Of a stretch of DNA of 64,000 nt, positions 1 to 12,084 are shown in pieces. Source of the DNA: Seison nebaliae (lineage: Eukaryota). The stretch is from positions 62,001 to 126,000 of the forward strand of contig JALJEE010002328.1 in assembly GCA_023231475.1 (NCBI GenBank), in the 5' to 3' direction. The notes beneath the pieces were generated by a model. It was not told where the DNA came from and searched no databases. It worked only from the letters and a program-made list of their open reading frames with translations. Position 1 is the first letter of the stretch; every line of letters starts with the position of its first letter. The position numbers and the translations under genes were made by a program.

Positions 1-112
1 ATTTATTCTAAAATTAAAAAAAAGATTTAATGATAGAAATATGGAATATGTCACCAACTGACGAATACTGCTTTTCGGAATGAAACTTAATTCAATTAAA
101 AATCATTTATTA

Positions 113-1070
113 TGGTAAAACAGAGTGGAGAATTATCCATATAACATTATCCATTGGGAAAATACTTGATGATGTAATAATTCCGTGTAACAACCGATTC
201 TCGTTTTCATTGGAAAACTATAATTATCCCGCAGTTCGTGCATATGCTGATGATATAGTCCTCCTCGCAGCCTCATCAAAAAATCTGAAAACGGTTTATG
301 ATGTAGTGGTGAGAAGAATGAGCCAGTGCGGAATTGAATGTAACAACAGTAAGTCCAAAATCATAACTAATCGAACGATTTTACCTCGCTATTCTGAACT
401 TCGAGAAATAGTTTAGAATGATCTCATTTTCCTCGGATGTAGAATCGATAATCGTTTGAAGTCTTCATCGTCCATCGATAAAATCAGATCGAAATTTATC
501 CGAGCGTTTTATTCCTTTCACCATCGGTGTAAACTATTTTCAATCGAACTGAAAATCCAGCTATTTCGTACATTCTGCACGGATTTTTATGGAATTCAGG
601 CATCTATCTTATTTTCCATACAGTCCATGACCTCTATGGATAGAGCATACAATCGGTGCTGCCGTATCTTACTCAGATGTAAACGTCCCTTCAATCGAGC
701 ATTTATGTTCTTATGTCTATTTAATGGGCATCTCCTCTTTCCCATTGTTAATCGTTAAGAGGTATTTGTCACTCGTGTCCGATATTAACATATCTTCTTT
801 TCCTCATCCGACATATGCAGAGTGTGAACAATTCAACAGTCCTGCAAAATTTTTCTGCCAATACTATACTTTACAGTATCCCATCTCCATGGAAGAGTTG
901 GAAGGACTCGTAAGCAATTTTAATCTCGAATCATTTATTCCTATTCATCTGAGGGATGGATTGTCTCGTGGTCGTGAGTTTATTTCCGGTAACAATTTTT
1001 CTTCACTTATTGATTTTCTTTACACTTTATCCTATGGGGATTCCGCGTCTTAAAATTAAAAAAAAAAAAA
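113..1070 (+). mobile_element. Degenerate non-LTR retrotransposon: reverse transcriptase C-terminal half plus 3' poly(A) tail
   Basis: Fragmented RT motifs: VKQSGELSI (~114-140, resembling GVxQGxxLSP), AYADDIVLLAAS (YADD catalytic motif, ORF 210-416), then FLG and KIQLFRTFCTDFYG (ORF 456-758). In-frame stop at 414-416 and frameshifts. The last ORF (724-1053) is followed directly by TAAAATT and a 13-nt A run (1058-1070). The 5' part may lie outside the window. Confidence 0.8.
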
Positions 1071-1783
1071 TATAACGGGCATAATATAATCTCCCAATTA
1101 ATAAAAATAGACTGATACAATAATAGGAAGATAAAATCGTCGTAATTCAAGTTGTCTCAAGGTTTTAATTCCAACAAGGCTCATTTCTAAGAGCGGTAAA
1201 GATATATTACAAAAGTTATCACGGCAAAGGTATATTAGTCAATTTAAACTGTCTAGGAACATAGAATTCCGAAATAAATCTGATTAAATATTATATTTTT
1301 TTAAGTTGAACATTTATTAATGATGAAATAAATAACTATAATTTATATTATTTAACTGACTGTTCGAAACATTCTCAAATACATCCATTGTGTTAATACA
1401 GAATTATTATACGGACGAACGATTTTGTCTCATACGTTTAATTTTAATGTAGAAACCTGAACAGAAAAAAATACTAAAGAAAATGTGACTTTTTTTGAAC
1501 TAACCAACTGTTGTTGTTGTTGGTTTTAAAAGATATTTAACAAAACACTAATTATTGTTTCATAATTTGACCTAACCAAACGGAAAGACAAACTAATAGC
1601 TGAATAATAAAAAACTGAAAGATGGAATACGAAGGTATAAAATGTAGATGTAATTCGTTTGAAAAATTAATAGGAAATTTATTTAAAGAAATTGTTTCGA
1701 TTGTTCATAAGTTTCACCTATTTATTTGTCTTTTTTCATTTCCCATTATTTTCGTATTGTAATCAATCTCATTCTGTCAAGCA

Positions 1784-3590
1784 ATGATCTCCCATTTCTC
1801 ATATATCTGGTTCATCTTTTTACAATTAGTCAATTACCAATCATATCATTCAGCTAAGTTACATCATGAATATGCTGTTGTTATTGATTGTGGAAGTACT
1901 GGTAGTCGGATATTCATTTATCGATGGATAACAATACCATCATCAATTATATTATCATCAACGGATCATACACGACATTTACCAAAATATGAATTATTTG
2001 GAGTGAAGAAGAAGGAACCAGGCGTCTCCTACGTGGCTGAGAAAGGATCGACAGTTCTCTATATTTATTTGAAATCATTAAAAGAATTGATAACGAAAAT
2101 GTTACCCTCCAACATTAGAGAGAATCGTGTTCAATTTTATTTATTGGCAACCGCCGGAGTTCGATTATTACCGAAAAAACTTCAAGAAACAACGATAGAG
2201 AATATTCGATCATATTTTTATTTAAATGCAAATTATCAATTTTTGAAAGAGGATGTGGATGTAATTGATGGGAAGGACGAAGCACTATATCAATGGCTCG
2301 CATTAAATTATTTGGTGAATCGATTGAAGATAAACAATGCGATTGAATCATTAAGTATGATTGATTTAGGTGGGGGATCGGTACAAACGGCATATCTTCC
2401 AACCAATATTTCTAATAATAACAAGTTTCGATTAGACAGAAAAAATCAATTAAATTTGAAAACGTATAACGGATTTGGTATTCAAAAGATGTATGACAAT
2501 TATCAGATCTTTCTTCATGAACTGATGAATAAAATTGTGAAGAAATATCTTTATAAATCGATTTATAATTCCGTTAAATCAATCATTGTACGAATAGATG
2601 ATATTCAACTGAAAATTAATAATTCTCATCATCTGATACTTGAAGATCCTTGTCTTAATCGAGGAATGTCGGAAGATATAAAATTCCTTTCCGATAATAA
2701 ATCTTATGAACAAAATGGTATTGGAAATTTTGAGACATGTCGAAAATTGGTCAAAACTTTCTTAACAAATCTCAACCGCATTTCGGTAGCTCATAATGAA
2801 TTTTCAAAAATCGAATTATCTTTAGAGAAATTATTAGAAAAGAAGTTGTTCCTCCAACTGAAATTGAAGGGATTGAGAAATAACAAATGTGAAATGATTG
2901 ATGTGAGTGAACCGTGTGAAGTGGAACCTTTTCAACAATTCAATTATCAACAACAACATATTTATGGATTTGCTGAATTATATTATTCGATGAATGATCG
3001 ACTCTCTATCGGAGAAGAATATTCTTCAATTCGATTTCGTAAACAATCGGAAAAATGGTGTGATAGAACTTGGAAAGAATTGAAAATTCTGCCTTTCCAA
3101 ACTGATCAATTAAAACGACAATGCTTCAAATCATCATACATTCATTCACTTTTACATGATCTCTTAAATATTCCACTAAATTACCATCATCTTCATTCCA
3201 CTCAAACAATAAAAGATATGGAAATTTCTTGGACTTTAGGTGCACTTATTGCCCGTAATAATCAGACTCAGTTCTCTTTCTTTCACTTATTATTATTACA
3301 TCATAATTATCTCTTTTAGTTCTTCCAAACAACACTATACATTAGTCTCAATGGACAGAATGTATTTTAATCATTTGATAATGGTCGTCATCTTCCTTCT
3401 CGTTGTATTCCTGATAATTATATTCAAAGGGAAAAGAAGAACATTATGCAACAATTTCTTACGTCGTTATTTTCGTACTAGGAAACTAAATATTTATGAT
3501 TTATCAATAGATAATCAATGGTACAAGCTCAATAACAATTCGAACAACAATGGGAGATATGGCACGTCAGTTAATCGACGTCAATTCTAA
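1784..3590 (+). CDS. GDA1/CD39-family ecto-nucleoside triphosphate diphosphohydrolase (ENTPD4/7-like), 2+ exons
   Basis: Apyrase conserved regions: VIDCGSTGSR (ACR1), ATAGVR (ACR2), IDGKDEA (ACR3), IDLGGGSVQ (ACR4), SWTLGA (ACR5). Intron 3271-3319 (GTTCTC..TTTTAG) joins an exon with a C-terminal transmembrane helix (LIMVVIFLLVVFLIIIF); stop 3588-3590. True start uncertain. Confidence 0.9.
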
Positions 3591-4207
3591 CCATTTCTAA
3601 TTGTGAACCATACTACAGTCTATTCACTTTCTAACGAGCGGTACGTGAACAATATGCGCAATAAATCCTTCACAACTATTCCTCTCATCTCCCCCATTCC
3701 CGCCATTCTCATAAGTGACATACGTTAGCGCAATTTATTTCATTTTAATCAAATATTCCGTCCACGAACAAATTTGATGACTAAATAAAAATTCGAATAA
3801 ATGTACTTTCATATATTACGTATTTCTCTTAATTTTTGTCTTTATCGTCACATCACTATTCCGCATGGTTTCTGACAATTCTCTCATATAAAAATGGAAA
3901 CAATTTTAGTTTTAAAATAAAACAAGCAGTTTGCAGATCAAATTAAGAAAAAATAATATACAACTGATTTTTATTGATTATCACTAATCAATTATCATCT
4001 TCATATTAATTGATTAGTTTAGTAATACCACCTGATTCCGAAATTTATCAATTATACCTGAAACTACCACCATTAGTTGGAGAATCATCTTCTAATCCGT
4101 ACATCTTAATTAGTTACAACACTTGAAATAGAAGATCGAAAACGTATTGGAAAATTATTCGAAATATTTTTCCCATTTACAATTGCTAGATATACCAAGA
4201 CAGTATA

Positions 4208-5083
4208 ATGACTAACAGCAGTGATAAAGAAAGATTAATTAACATATTATCGACAATCTTTCGACATTGTTTCGCTAAATGTTTTGAGAGATTATTTCCT
4301 ATCGAGGAAAACGACTCAGTAATATCGTATTGTTTTCATTATCTGATAAGAAGACAAGAATCTTTCTCCGAACAAACCAACTGTAACGATAATATGTATG
4401 ATGAATTCGTTATTATTGAAAAGAGCCAAATTACATCAAAATCTCATTCAACATCATTTCAACTAAATATGAGAAGTTCATTTTTAGATACTATCTTATT
4501 CACTTTACGATACTACGCTGAATTCCATCAATTTACTCATCAACAATATCAACCAAATGATAAAGATTCTAATTTTCTCTTCCTGTCTTCGCTCGAACGG
4601 TCACATCGAAGGAGGAAGAACAAATTCCTGGAAAATGACCAAAAAACATCAACTCCATCAAACAACCAGCCCAGACAAATGGCGAAAATGACTGAACCGA
4701 CTCCAAAAAAATGTAAAGAATTATTGTCGTTACAAATTAGGAAGAAACGGAAAATCAATTATGTGCAAAGAAACAAACATGATCTGGGAATGAGATGTCG
4801 AGACAAGAAATTCTTAAAAAAAAATCAAACATCAACATCATCAATAAATTCTGAAAGATCCACTTCATCAATTGAAGATTCAGGTACTTCTATTAGAAAA
4901 TTGACGAACGCAACAAAAAGAATTAAAAAGACAAGTGAAGAATTTGATACTATGTCAATTGTATCATCAGTTTCGTCCTCTTCCATATCAAAGTCATATG
5001 ATTTGAAAGAATTGAGATTATTAACTCGAGAAAATCTCTATGAAATTATACTGAATCAACAAAAGAAAATTATAATCAATTAA
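4208..5083 (+). CDS. Hypothetical protein, 291 aa, basic/Ser-rich C-terminal half
   Basis: 876-nt ATG-initiated ORF, long for AT-rich DNA, with NLS-like basic clusters (HRRRKNK, IRKKRK). No family recognised. Confidence 0.55.
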   Translation: MTNSSDKERLINILSTIFRHCFAKCFERLFPIEENDSVISYCFHYLIRRQESFSEQTNCNDNMYDEFVIIEKSQITSKSHSTSFQLNMRSSFLDTILFTLRYYAEFHQFTHQQYQPNDKDSNFLFLSSLERSHRRRKNKFLENDQKTSTPSNNQPRQMAKMTEPTPKKCKELLSLQIRKKRKINYVQRNKHDLGMRCRDKKFLKKNQTSTSSINSERSTSSIEDSGTSIRKLTNATKRIKKTSEEFDTMSIVSSVSSSSISKSYDLKELRLLTRENLYEIILNQQKKIIIN

Positions 5084-7017
5084 TTTGCATTTATTCGTAC
5101 AAATTATTTTATTTATATAAATTTTCGAAATATTTTCATTAAATTTCATAAAACCAAATTAGTTTCATATTAAACGAATTAAGAATCATTGTTCAGAAGT
5201 CATAACTCCTTTAAGGAGTTATCATATTTTATTTTTAATTCACCTCACAGGGATTCAATATGAATAATAAAAAAAAAAGATAATAATTGAATGAGTTGGA
5301 ATCATCCCTGTTGGCATTTGAATGTCTTGAGAACGTTTTTTTGATGTATATAAACGTTCTCAAGACATTTAAATGCTTACAGGGATATGATCTTTTTTGG
5401 AATAAATTAATATTCATAAAAAAAAAAATTTTAATTGTCTAATTTTATCATTTTCTAAATTTTGAGAGTGGTTAGTGATTGGTAGAAGACATCATTCGCA
5501 TATATTTTATTTGTCGAAGATGAGATAAGTTTACATGATTGGAAGAATTCGATTTATGTCAATGAAAGACATACGTATAAGAGAAAAGATAAATATAAAG
5601 AAATATGACAAGTGTGATTAGGATAAAAATTACTGATCCTCAAAAAAAATTGTTTTAGAAATTATAATTAAAATCGTCAATTTTGAATTGACAAGAAAAT
5701 GGAGTTAAATGAAAAAAAAACCGAGAAGATGAAGATCTAAATGTATTATCCTTGATGGAGAATAATAATAATATTAATAATAATTATGATGATGATGCTG
5801 AGGAGGCTGATTGAGAATGGATAAATTACTGAGAAACATAGATTGAAATAAAATTTTTGTAAATTATAAAATAATAAAAATTATAATAAAAACGGCTCCA
5901 CAAATTGTTTTTTGAAATTAGAATAATTAGTTCCGAGAAGATAAACTGGTGATGAACATAATGTGATCCATCTACGAAAACAAACAGAGATTTCCCATTT
6001 CTTAAAAGGAACTAAATTTGAATCTGTTCAGTTTATTCATTTACAAATTCACCGATCTTCGATAGTTCAAAAGTTAACTGCTCGATGAACAATCGATCTG
6101 GAATTCGGTTTGGCCATTTGATAAAATGATACATTTCAATAATTTAGAAATTTGAATCAAAATGTTTGAAGATTTAAATATGTTTTTTTTTCTTAAAAAG
6201 ATACGGATCGGAGGGAACAATTTTGTAATTGTTGTTCTTAATTAAAATAATGTTGAAGGAGAATATGTCGAATAAAAGAATCGTTTAAACTTATAAGTTT
6301 AAAAAAAAATGGTGAATTATGTTACCGGGAGATTATTTGAAAATAATAAATGTGTTTTTTTTTTTGAAAGAGAACTTAAATGAATAATACATCAAAATAT
6401 CGTTATGGAGGAATATAAATAACAATAAGGACAAATCGAATGAAGTGACTTCATAAATTTCACAAGAAAATAAATAATTTTAGACTATATATGACATTTG
6501 AACTGAAAGAAAGTAGAATGTAGTAAATTATTACCATTAAAATTTTGTTGAGTTAAAAAAATGTTGTTGTCGTATTGAATCGAGTCGATAAATTGTTATG
6601 AATAAAAAGAAGAGAAAATAGTATCAGATGAAGAATATTGATGACGATGAGAAGATGAAATTTCATTGAAATCGATCAAATAATGTTTATTTTGATCGAA
6701 CTGCGTGGAACGATGGATTGATTCTAATCCCAATAATTTGAATTGAGTCGACCATCGTATGATTGTATCGATGTTTGTGATGGAATTCGAGTGCATAAGT
6801 TATTTGTATGATTGTATATGAAGAGATATACGATAAAAACCGAGAGATAGATATAAAGTATATTACTACGGAAAATTATTTTGATGTCGACTAATTATTA
6901 ATTTTTGTATAAATTAACCGGATTCTAAATTTTCAAGGGTTTTTTTTTGTTTCGAATTTCAATCCCGTGAAATGAGAAGAAACTTTTGGTGATTGGTTAG
7001 GATGGAGATATATCATT

Positions 7018-9372
7018 TTAACGTGTCATTTCCACATCAGTGAAGAAAGTGGAATTCGACGGATTTGGGGCGTTTGAGGAAGATGATGTTAAATTAGTTT
7101 TATCTGCCGATTGTTTCACACTATTTATAACTGTGTCGGATGATTGTGTTTGATTCTTTTGTTCGTCAACAACATAAGGATTCTGGAAATAATTCGTTGC
7201 CATTTGAACAACATCATTGTTTGTTGATTTGACTAAATTCTTAGATATAAGTGGCTGTGTTGTGACTGAGGCTCCTGATGATTTTGGTGTTGTCGGAGTG
7301 GGAATTGTACATGGTGTGGAAATTGATGGAGCGTTAATTGTTAACATGTTAGTTGACGATGTGTCAAAAGATGATTCATTTGACATTGGACTATTTTCAT
7401 TAATTTTCGAGAGATAACCAATTCGATCATTAATTCTTTCTTTAACATTCAATTTCATACTTTCGATTCGTTGAGCTAAACGACCCAATTCATCTTTACG
7501 TTTCTTCATTTGTTGAAGGAAGACATTCAATTTCATCACACTAGTTTGCATAGAGTTTATGGATTTTCTATTTCTCTCACGATTTTCTCGTGCTAAACGT
7601 CGAGTATTCTCTCGTTGCTTCATCTCCTTCAATTGTTCGATACATTTGTCAGATAATTTATAAGGCTGAACGATACGTTTCCAAGCACCTCCTTTCGATT
7701 GAATTATACTCTTTGCATCTTGTGGCAGAATGCCCATTGCAATAATGGCATCAGTTGTAGATTGAGTCTTTCGCTTCTTTGGAGCTGTAATGGAAGCAAA
7801 TGCTCCATTAGAATTCTCATCATATGTTGTTATACCACTTGGAAGATCAATAGGGAATCTCTCCTTCTTTTTCGATGTTCGAACTTGTCTCATTTGTTGA
7901 ACATTCACCAAACATTTTGTTGGTTTATCTGATTTCGATATTTTATTCATAGTCGATACAGATGAAGTTTCTACTGTCGTTGTTGATAATATTGTTTTTT
8001 GTTGTTGTTGTTGTTGTTGTTGTTCGGTTATTGCTATTGTTGTTGGTGGTGGTGGTGTTGGTGGTGGATAAACAGTTGAAATAATTGACATTGGAGAAGG
8101 TGAATTTAAATTAATCATTGATGATGATGTTGTTATTGTTGTGGTTGTTGTTGTTGTTGCTGCTGATGGTAGAGGACAATTTGTGGTAACTCCCTTCGTT
8201 AATTCGCTATAATTCCGTCGAACATTTATTAATTCATTATTATCGATCATTGACACTTTGGGAGAATTAACATATTGTATCTTTAATTCTTCTCCCAATT
8301 TAGGTGATGTTCCTGGAATTTTGTGATCAAATGTCATTCGACTTACCGTTGAACACAACGAAGATGAGGAAGAATATCTGACGGAAACTGACGAGTTCGG
8401 TTGATGATTAACATCACCATTTCCGATACATGAATGAAATAAATTGCCGTTGTTGTTATTGCTGTTATTATTCATCTGAAAAAAATCATGACAATACAAA
8501 GAAGAAAAAGATGAGAAGAAGAGATAAATAAGAGATAAACTTGCGTCATACAAACCAAACAAGAATTATGTTGATGATATTCGTTGAGTCGATTACAAGT
8601 GGATTTATTTTGATCAATATTTCCATTATTATCGTTAATCGATGGATGATATTTCATAAGGTGGACAGATGGAGATTTAATATTTTCAATTTCGTTCATC
8701 ATTCCATCATCTCCTTGCATCATCTGATCATTATTATTAGAATTATTATTAGAATTATTATTAGAATTAGGATTAGAATTATTATTAGAATTATTATTAT
8801 TCACATAATTATTCACATGAGACATCACACCAAAATTATTTGGTAGGCAACTACCATTAACGTTAGTGAGATTCGATGAACACACTCCAAAATTACAATT
8901 GGCGTCGGATAACGATTGAACTTCTGGTGGATGATTGAAGCTCATATTCTTCTTATTCTGATTCGCATTCACAACAGGACATTCAACAAAACCGACTGTT
9001 GTATACATTTTCGTCCATGACGGCTGATTGGATTGATATTCTAAAGAACAATTATTATTATTATTATTATTATTCGCTTGATAATCCATTGTTATGTCCA
9101 TTAAAGGGCAAGATAATGGAATGTTATTATTGAGTGAACTACTCATAACATTATTCAACGATTGACAATTATTTCTTGAATGAATTGGTAAATTTGGTTG
9201 CTGTGGTAATTGAATCGATTGTATTTGTTGTTGTTGTTGTTGTTGTTGTTGGGATGGTTGAATTGTCTGTTGTAAATGTTTTTGATTTTCAAGTTGAATA
9301 GTTTGATGTAAATGTTGTTGAATCTGGTTATAATGCTGTTGCTGCTGCTGTTGCTGCTGCTGTTGCTGCTTC

Positions 9373-9432
<60 letters not shown>

Positions 9433-11574
9433 ATTGATGAAGATTGATGAATTGACTGTTGTGCAATATTTACGGTCGTATTATTTGAAGTTGAAGATTG
9501 TTGAATTGGTTGTTGATGATGAAGTAAATTCGGACAAAATGTTTGCGGTTCTTGAGATGATAAATTGGACTGCAGAGGCGTGTCCGCCATTTGTTGATGG
9601 AACTGTTGTGAATTCATATTGTGGTTTTGGGAATTGATCGACGTATTGACAATCCGTTGTTGTTGCTGATGTTGATGCTGTTGTGATTGTTGTAGTTGTT
9701 GTTGTTGTTGTTGTTGTGCTTGTTGTTGTTGTATGTACGAAACCTGTTGTTTGCACAGAGGTGATTGTTGATCATTTTTCAACGGAATGTTATTTCCATT
9801 TTGGTAATTCGTCTCCGAAGCGATTGAATGACTTTGATAGTTTATTGATGAATTTTGCTGAGAATTAACCAGTTGATTCGGATAATTCATAGTTTCTGTT
9901 CCTTGAGATTGCTTGTGATTTAAAAAGTGTTGTTGTTGTATTTTCAAATTTTGTTGTGCATCAATTAAACAATTTTGATTTTGTACAAAATGTTGTTGTA
10001 GTTGCTGTTGTTGGTCATTGAGGTGAATTCGACTAATTGGTTGTTGCTGATTTTGATGATGATTATTTCCATTTTCGATTAATGAAGAATTTAAGTACGT
10101 GTTCTTATCTGTCTGATTTGTCAACATTCCCAATTGTTGGACTTGATTGGAATTAATATTCTGTTCCATTGTGGTAGCTTCTCCATTATCGTTCTTATTT
10201 TTCAAATCTCCATTAAAATAATTATGCTGATTTCGATTAAGAGACGACTCTAATTTATTAAGAGACGATATATCTCCATTTCCATCATTATTATTATTGT
10301 TCTGATTGCTATTATTATTCAAAAATTGTCGAGATAACTGATAATTGGAATATTCCATTCCTTTATTTAACTCTTCAACATTTGAACTCGAGTTTGGACA
10401 TGTTGGCGAATTGGAAAACGTTTCTAATGTCGAATTACATGATGTTGTCGAACAATTGTTATCCATTCCAGAAAATGGCAGTAGTGATGGACTGAGAGAT
10501 GACATAGAATAACTAATTGGTCGTTGTTGAAAATTTAAATTTTTCTCTCTCCTATGTAACGTAGTTATTATGTTTTTGCTCAATAAATTTTCACAATTCG
10601 ACTCTATTTGTTGACCATCAAAAAAGTGAGGATTCGATTGTTCAGAAGAATGAATTCCGTTTTCTATGACAGATGTAGTCGTAGAAGATTTGTTCGAATG
10701 ACAATTGAAAATAACATCGGACATCACTACACATTTCGATGGTGAGTTGTTGGAAGGTTTCTGTAAAATATTCTCTAATAATTGTTGTTGTTTTTGTTGC
10801 TGGGAATCGTTGATGAAATTATTAGTGAAATTTAATTGATTATTGTCCTTCCTAATATTATTATTCATCGTTGATTGTTTATTTGTTGAAATGAAATCAT
10901 TCTCATTGAAAGTTGATGATGGATTAAAATTGAAAGTTGATGAAGTGAAAATTTTATCTGCATAAAATGTGGAGTCGTCAATGTTATAATCATTCATATC
11001 ATTCATCGAATTCTTTTCATGGTTATTGCTCAACAACGATTTCGTTCGACGTCTTTCATTATCAATGAGGAATGAACTGGAACCATCACCCACATTTTCA
11101 AAATGACCATTGCCATTATCATGTTGATGATAATTATTTAAACAATTCCTCTCATTCATATTATTCGCATTAATCACATCTGTACTTAACGGCAATCCAT
11201 TCATAGAAGTAGATAAACAATTTGATACAGACGTCGTCAAATTATTATTATTATTATTCTCTCCTGATAAACAGAATTGTTTTTCTTCTTGTCGAACATT
11301 GAACAAATCCGATTCGATTGTTTCTGACAGAATCGGTTGCTGATAATTGTTGGAAAGATGTTCATTTCCATTTCCTTTCGTCGACGTATCCACATTCTTC
11401 ATCAGTTTACTTCCTTCCGACCTTCTATTCATTCCACTCTCTCCAAAATGCATGGAAGGAGGAGGATGGCGGTGATAGTCACTACGACGATGATCGTTGA
11501 ATGGAAATAATGATGAGTCGAATACAAACGTTCCTGTATCGAACAGTCCGAATTTCGCATAACAAAATTTATTC
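7018..11574 (-). CDS. Divergent CNC/Nrf-type (Maf-like) bZIP transcription factor with a very long Q/N-rich N-terminus
   Basis: ORFs 8472-11600 and 7018-8562 join through intron 8476-8540 (GTTTAT..TTTCAG; alternative donor GTTTGT slightly upstream). LPQDAKSIIQ...LSDKCIEQLKEMKQRENTRRLARENRERNRKSINSMQ aligns by eye, without gaps, to the Nrf2 CNC+basic region (IPFPVEKIIN...[37 protein letters not shown]) and is followed by a heptad zipper. First in-frame ATG is 11453; an acceptor-like TTCCAG at ~11575 suggests an upstream exon. Confidence 0.65.
9336..9430 (-). repeat. Coding CAA/CAG trinucleotide repeat (poly-Q, ~30 Gln)
   Basis: (TGC)n/(TGT)n run on the + strand, inside the bZIP ORF. Further poly-Q and poly-N runs lie nearby. 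Confidence 0.95.
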
Positions 11575-12043
11575 TGGAAGAAAGAAAATATGCACAACAC
11601 AATTATTTAAACAATCCAAAAGTAATATGGAGAGAAAAGTGTGTTATGTATGTCTAATCGTATTATTCCACAATTAAATGTTTAAGATGATAAGAAAACA
11701 GATTGGGCTAAAGAAATCTTCCATCCAGATGAGAAATCCTCCTTTTAATTTTTGACAATAATTTAATCTCTCTATATTAATTACATAATTCGGACAAATC
11801 ATTCAATAAATTACCCTTTTAAATTCATTCACATTCTCACCATACACACACACGCTTATATATCAATGGAAATTGTTATAAAACAAAAACATACAAATGA
11901 ATGTTAAAAGAAATGAAGTGAATTAATTGTAGACTCAACATGTCCAGTTTACCAAATGAAACAATGTGATGGTGAAAAGAACATATATTCTATAGTTCAT
12001 TCTAGTTAATTTTCTATTATACAAATCGAAAAATTGAAAATAA

Positions 12044-12084
12044 AGAGAGAGAGAGAGAGAGAAACGGAGAGAGAGAGAGAGAGA
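12044..12084. repeat. (GA)n microsatellite, interrupted
   Basis: Two GA-dinucleotide runs separated by AACG, upstream of the bZIP gene. Confidence 0.9.

Noticed and set aside
8541..9868. Antisense and alternate-frame ORFs with poly-V, poly-I, poly-T or poly-N
   Set aside because: Shadows of the CAA/AAT trinucleotide repeats in the real bZIP coding strand.
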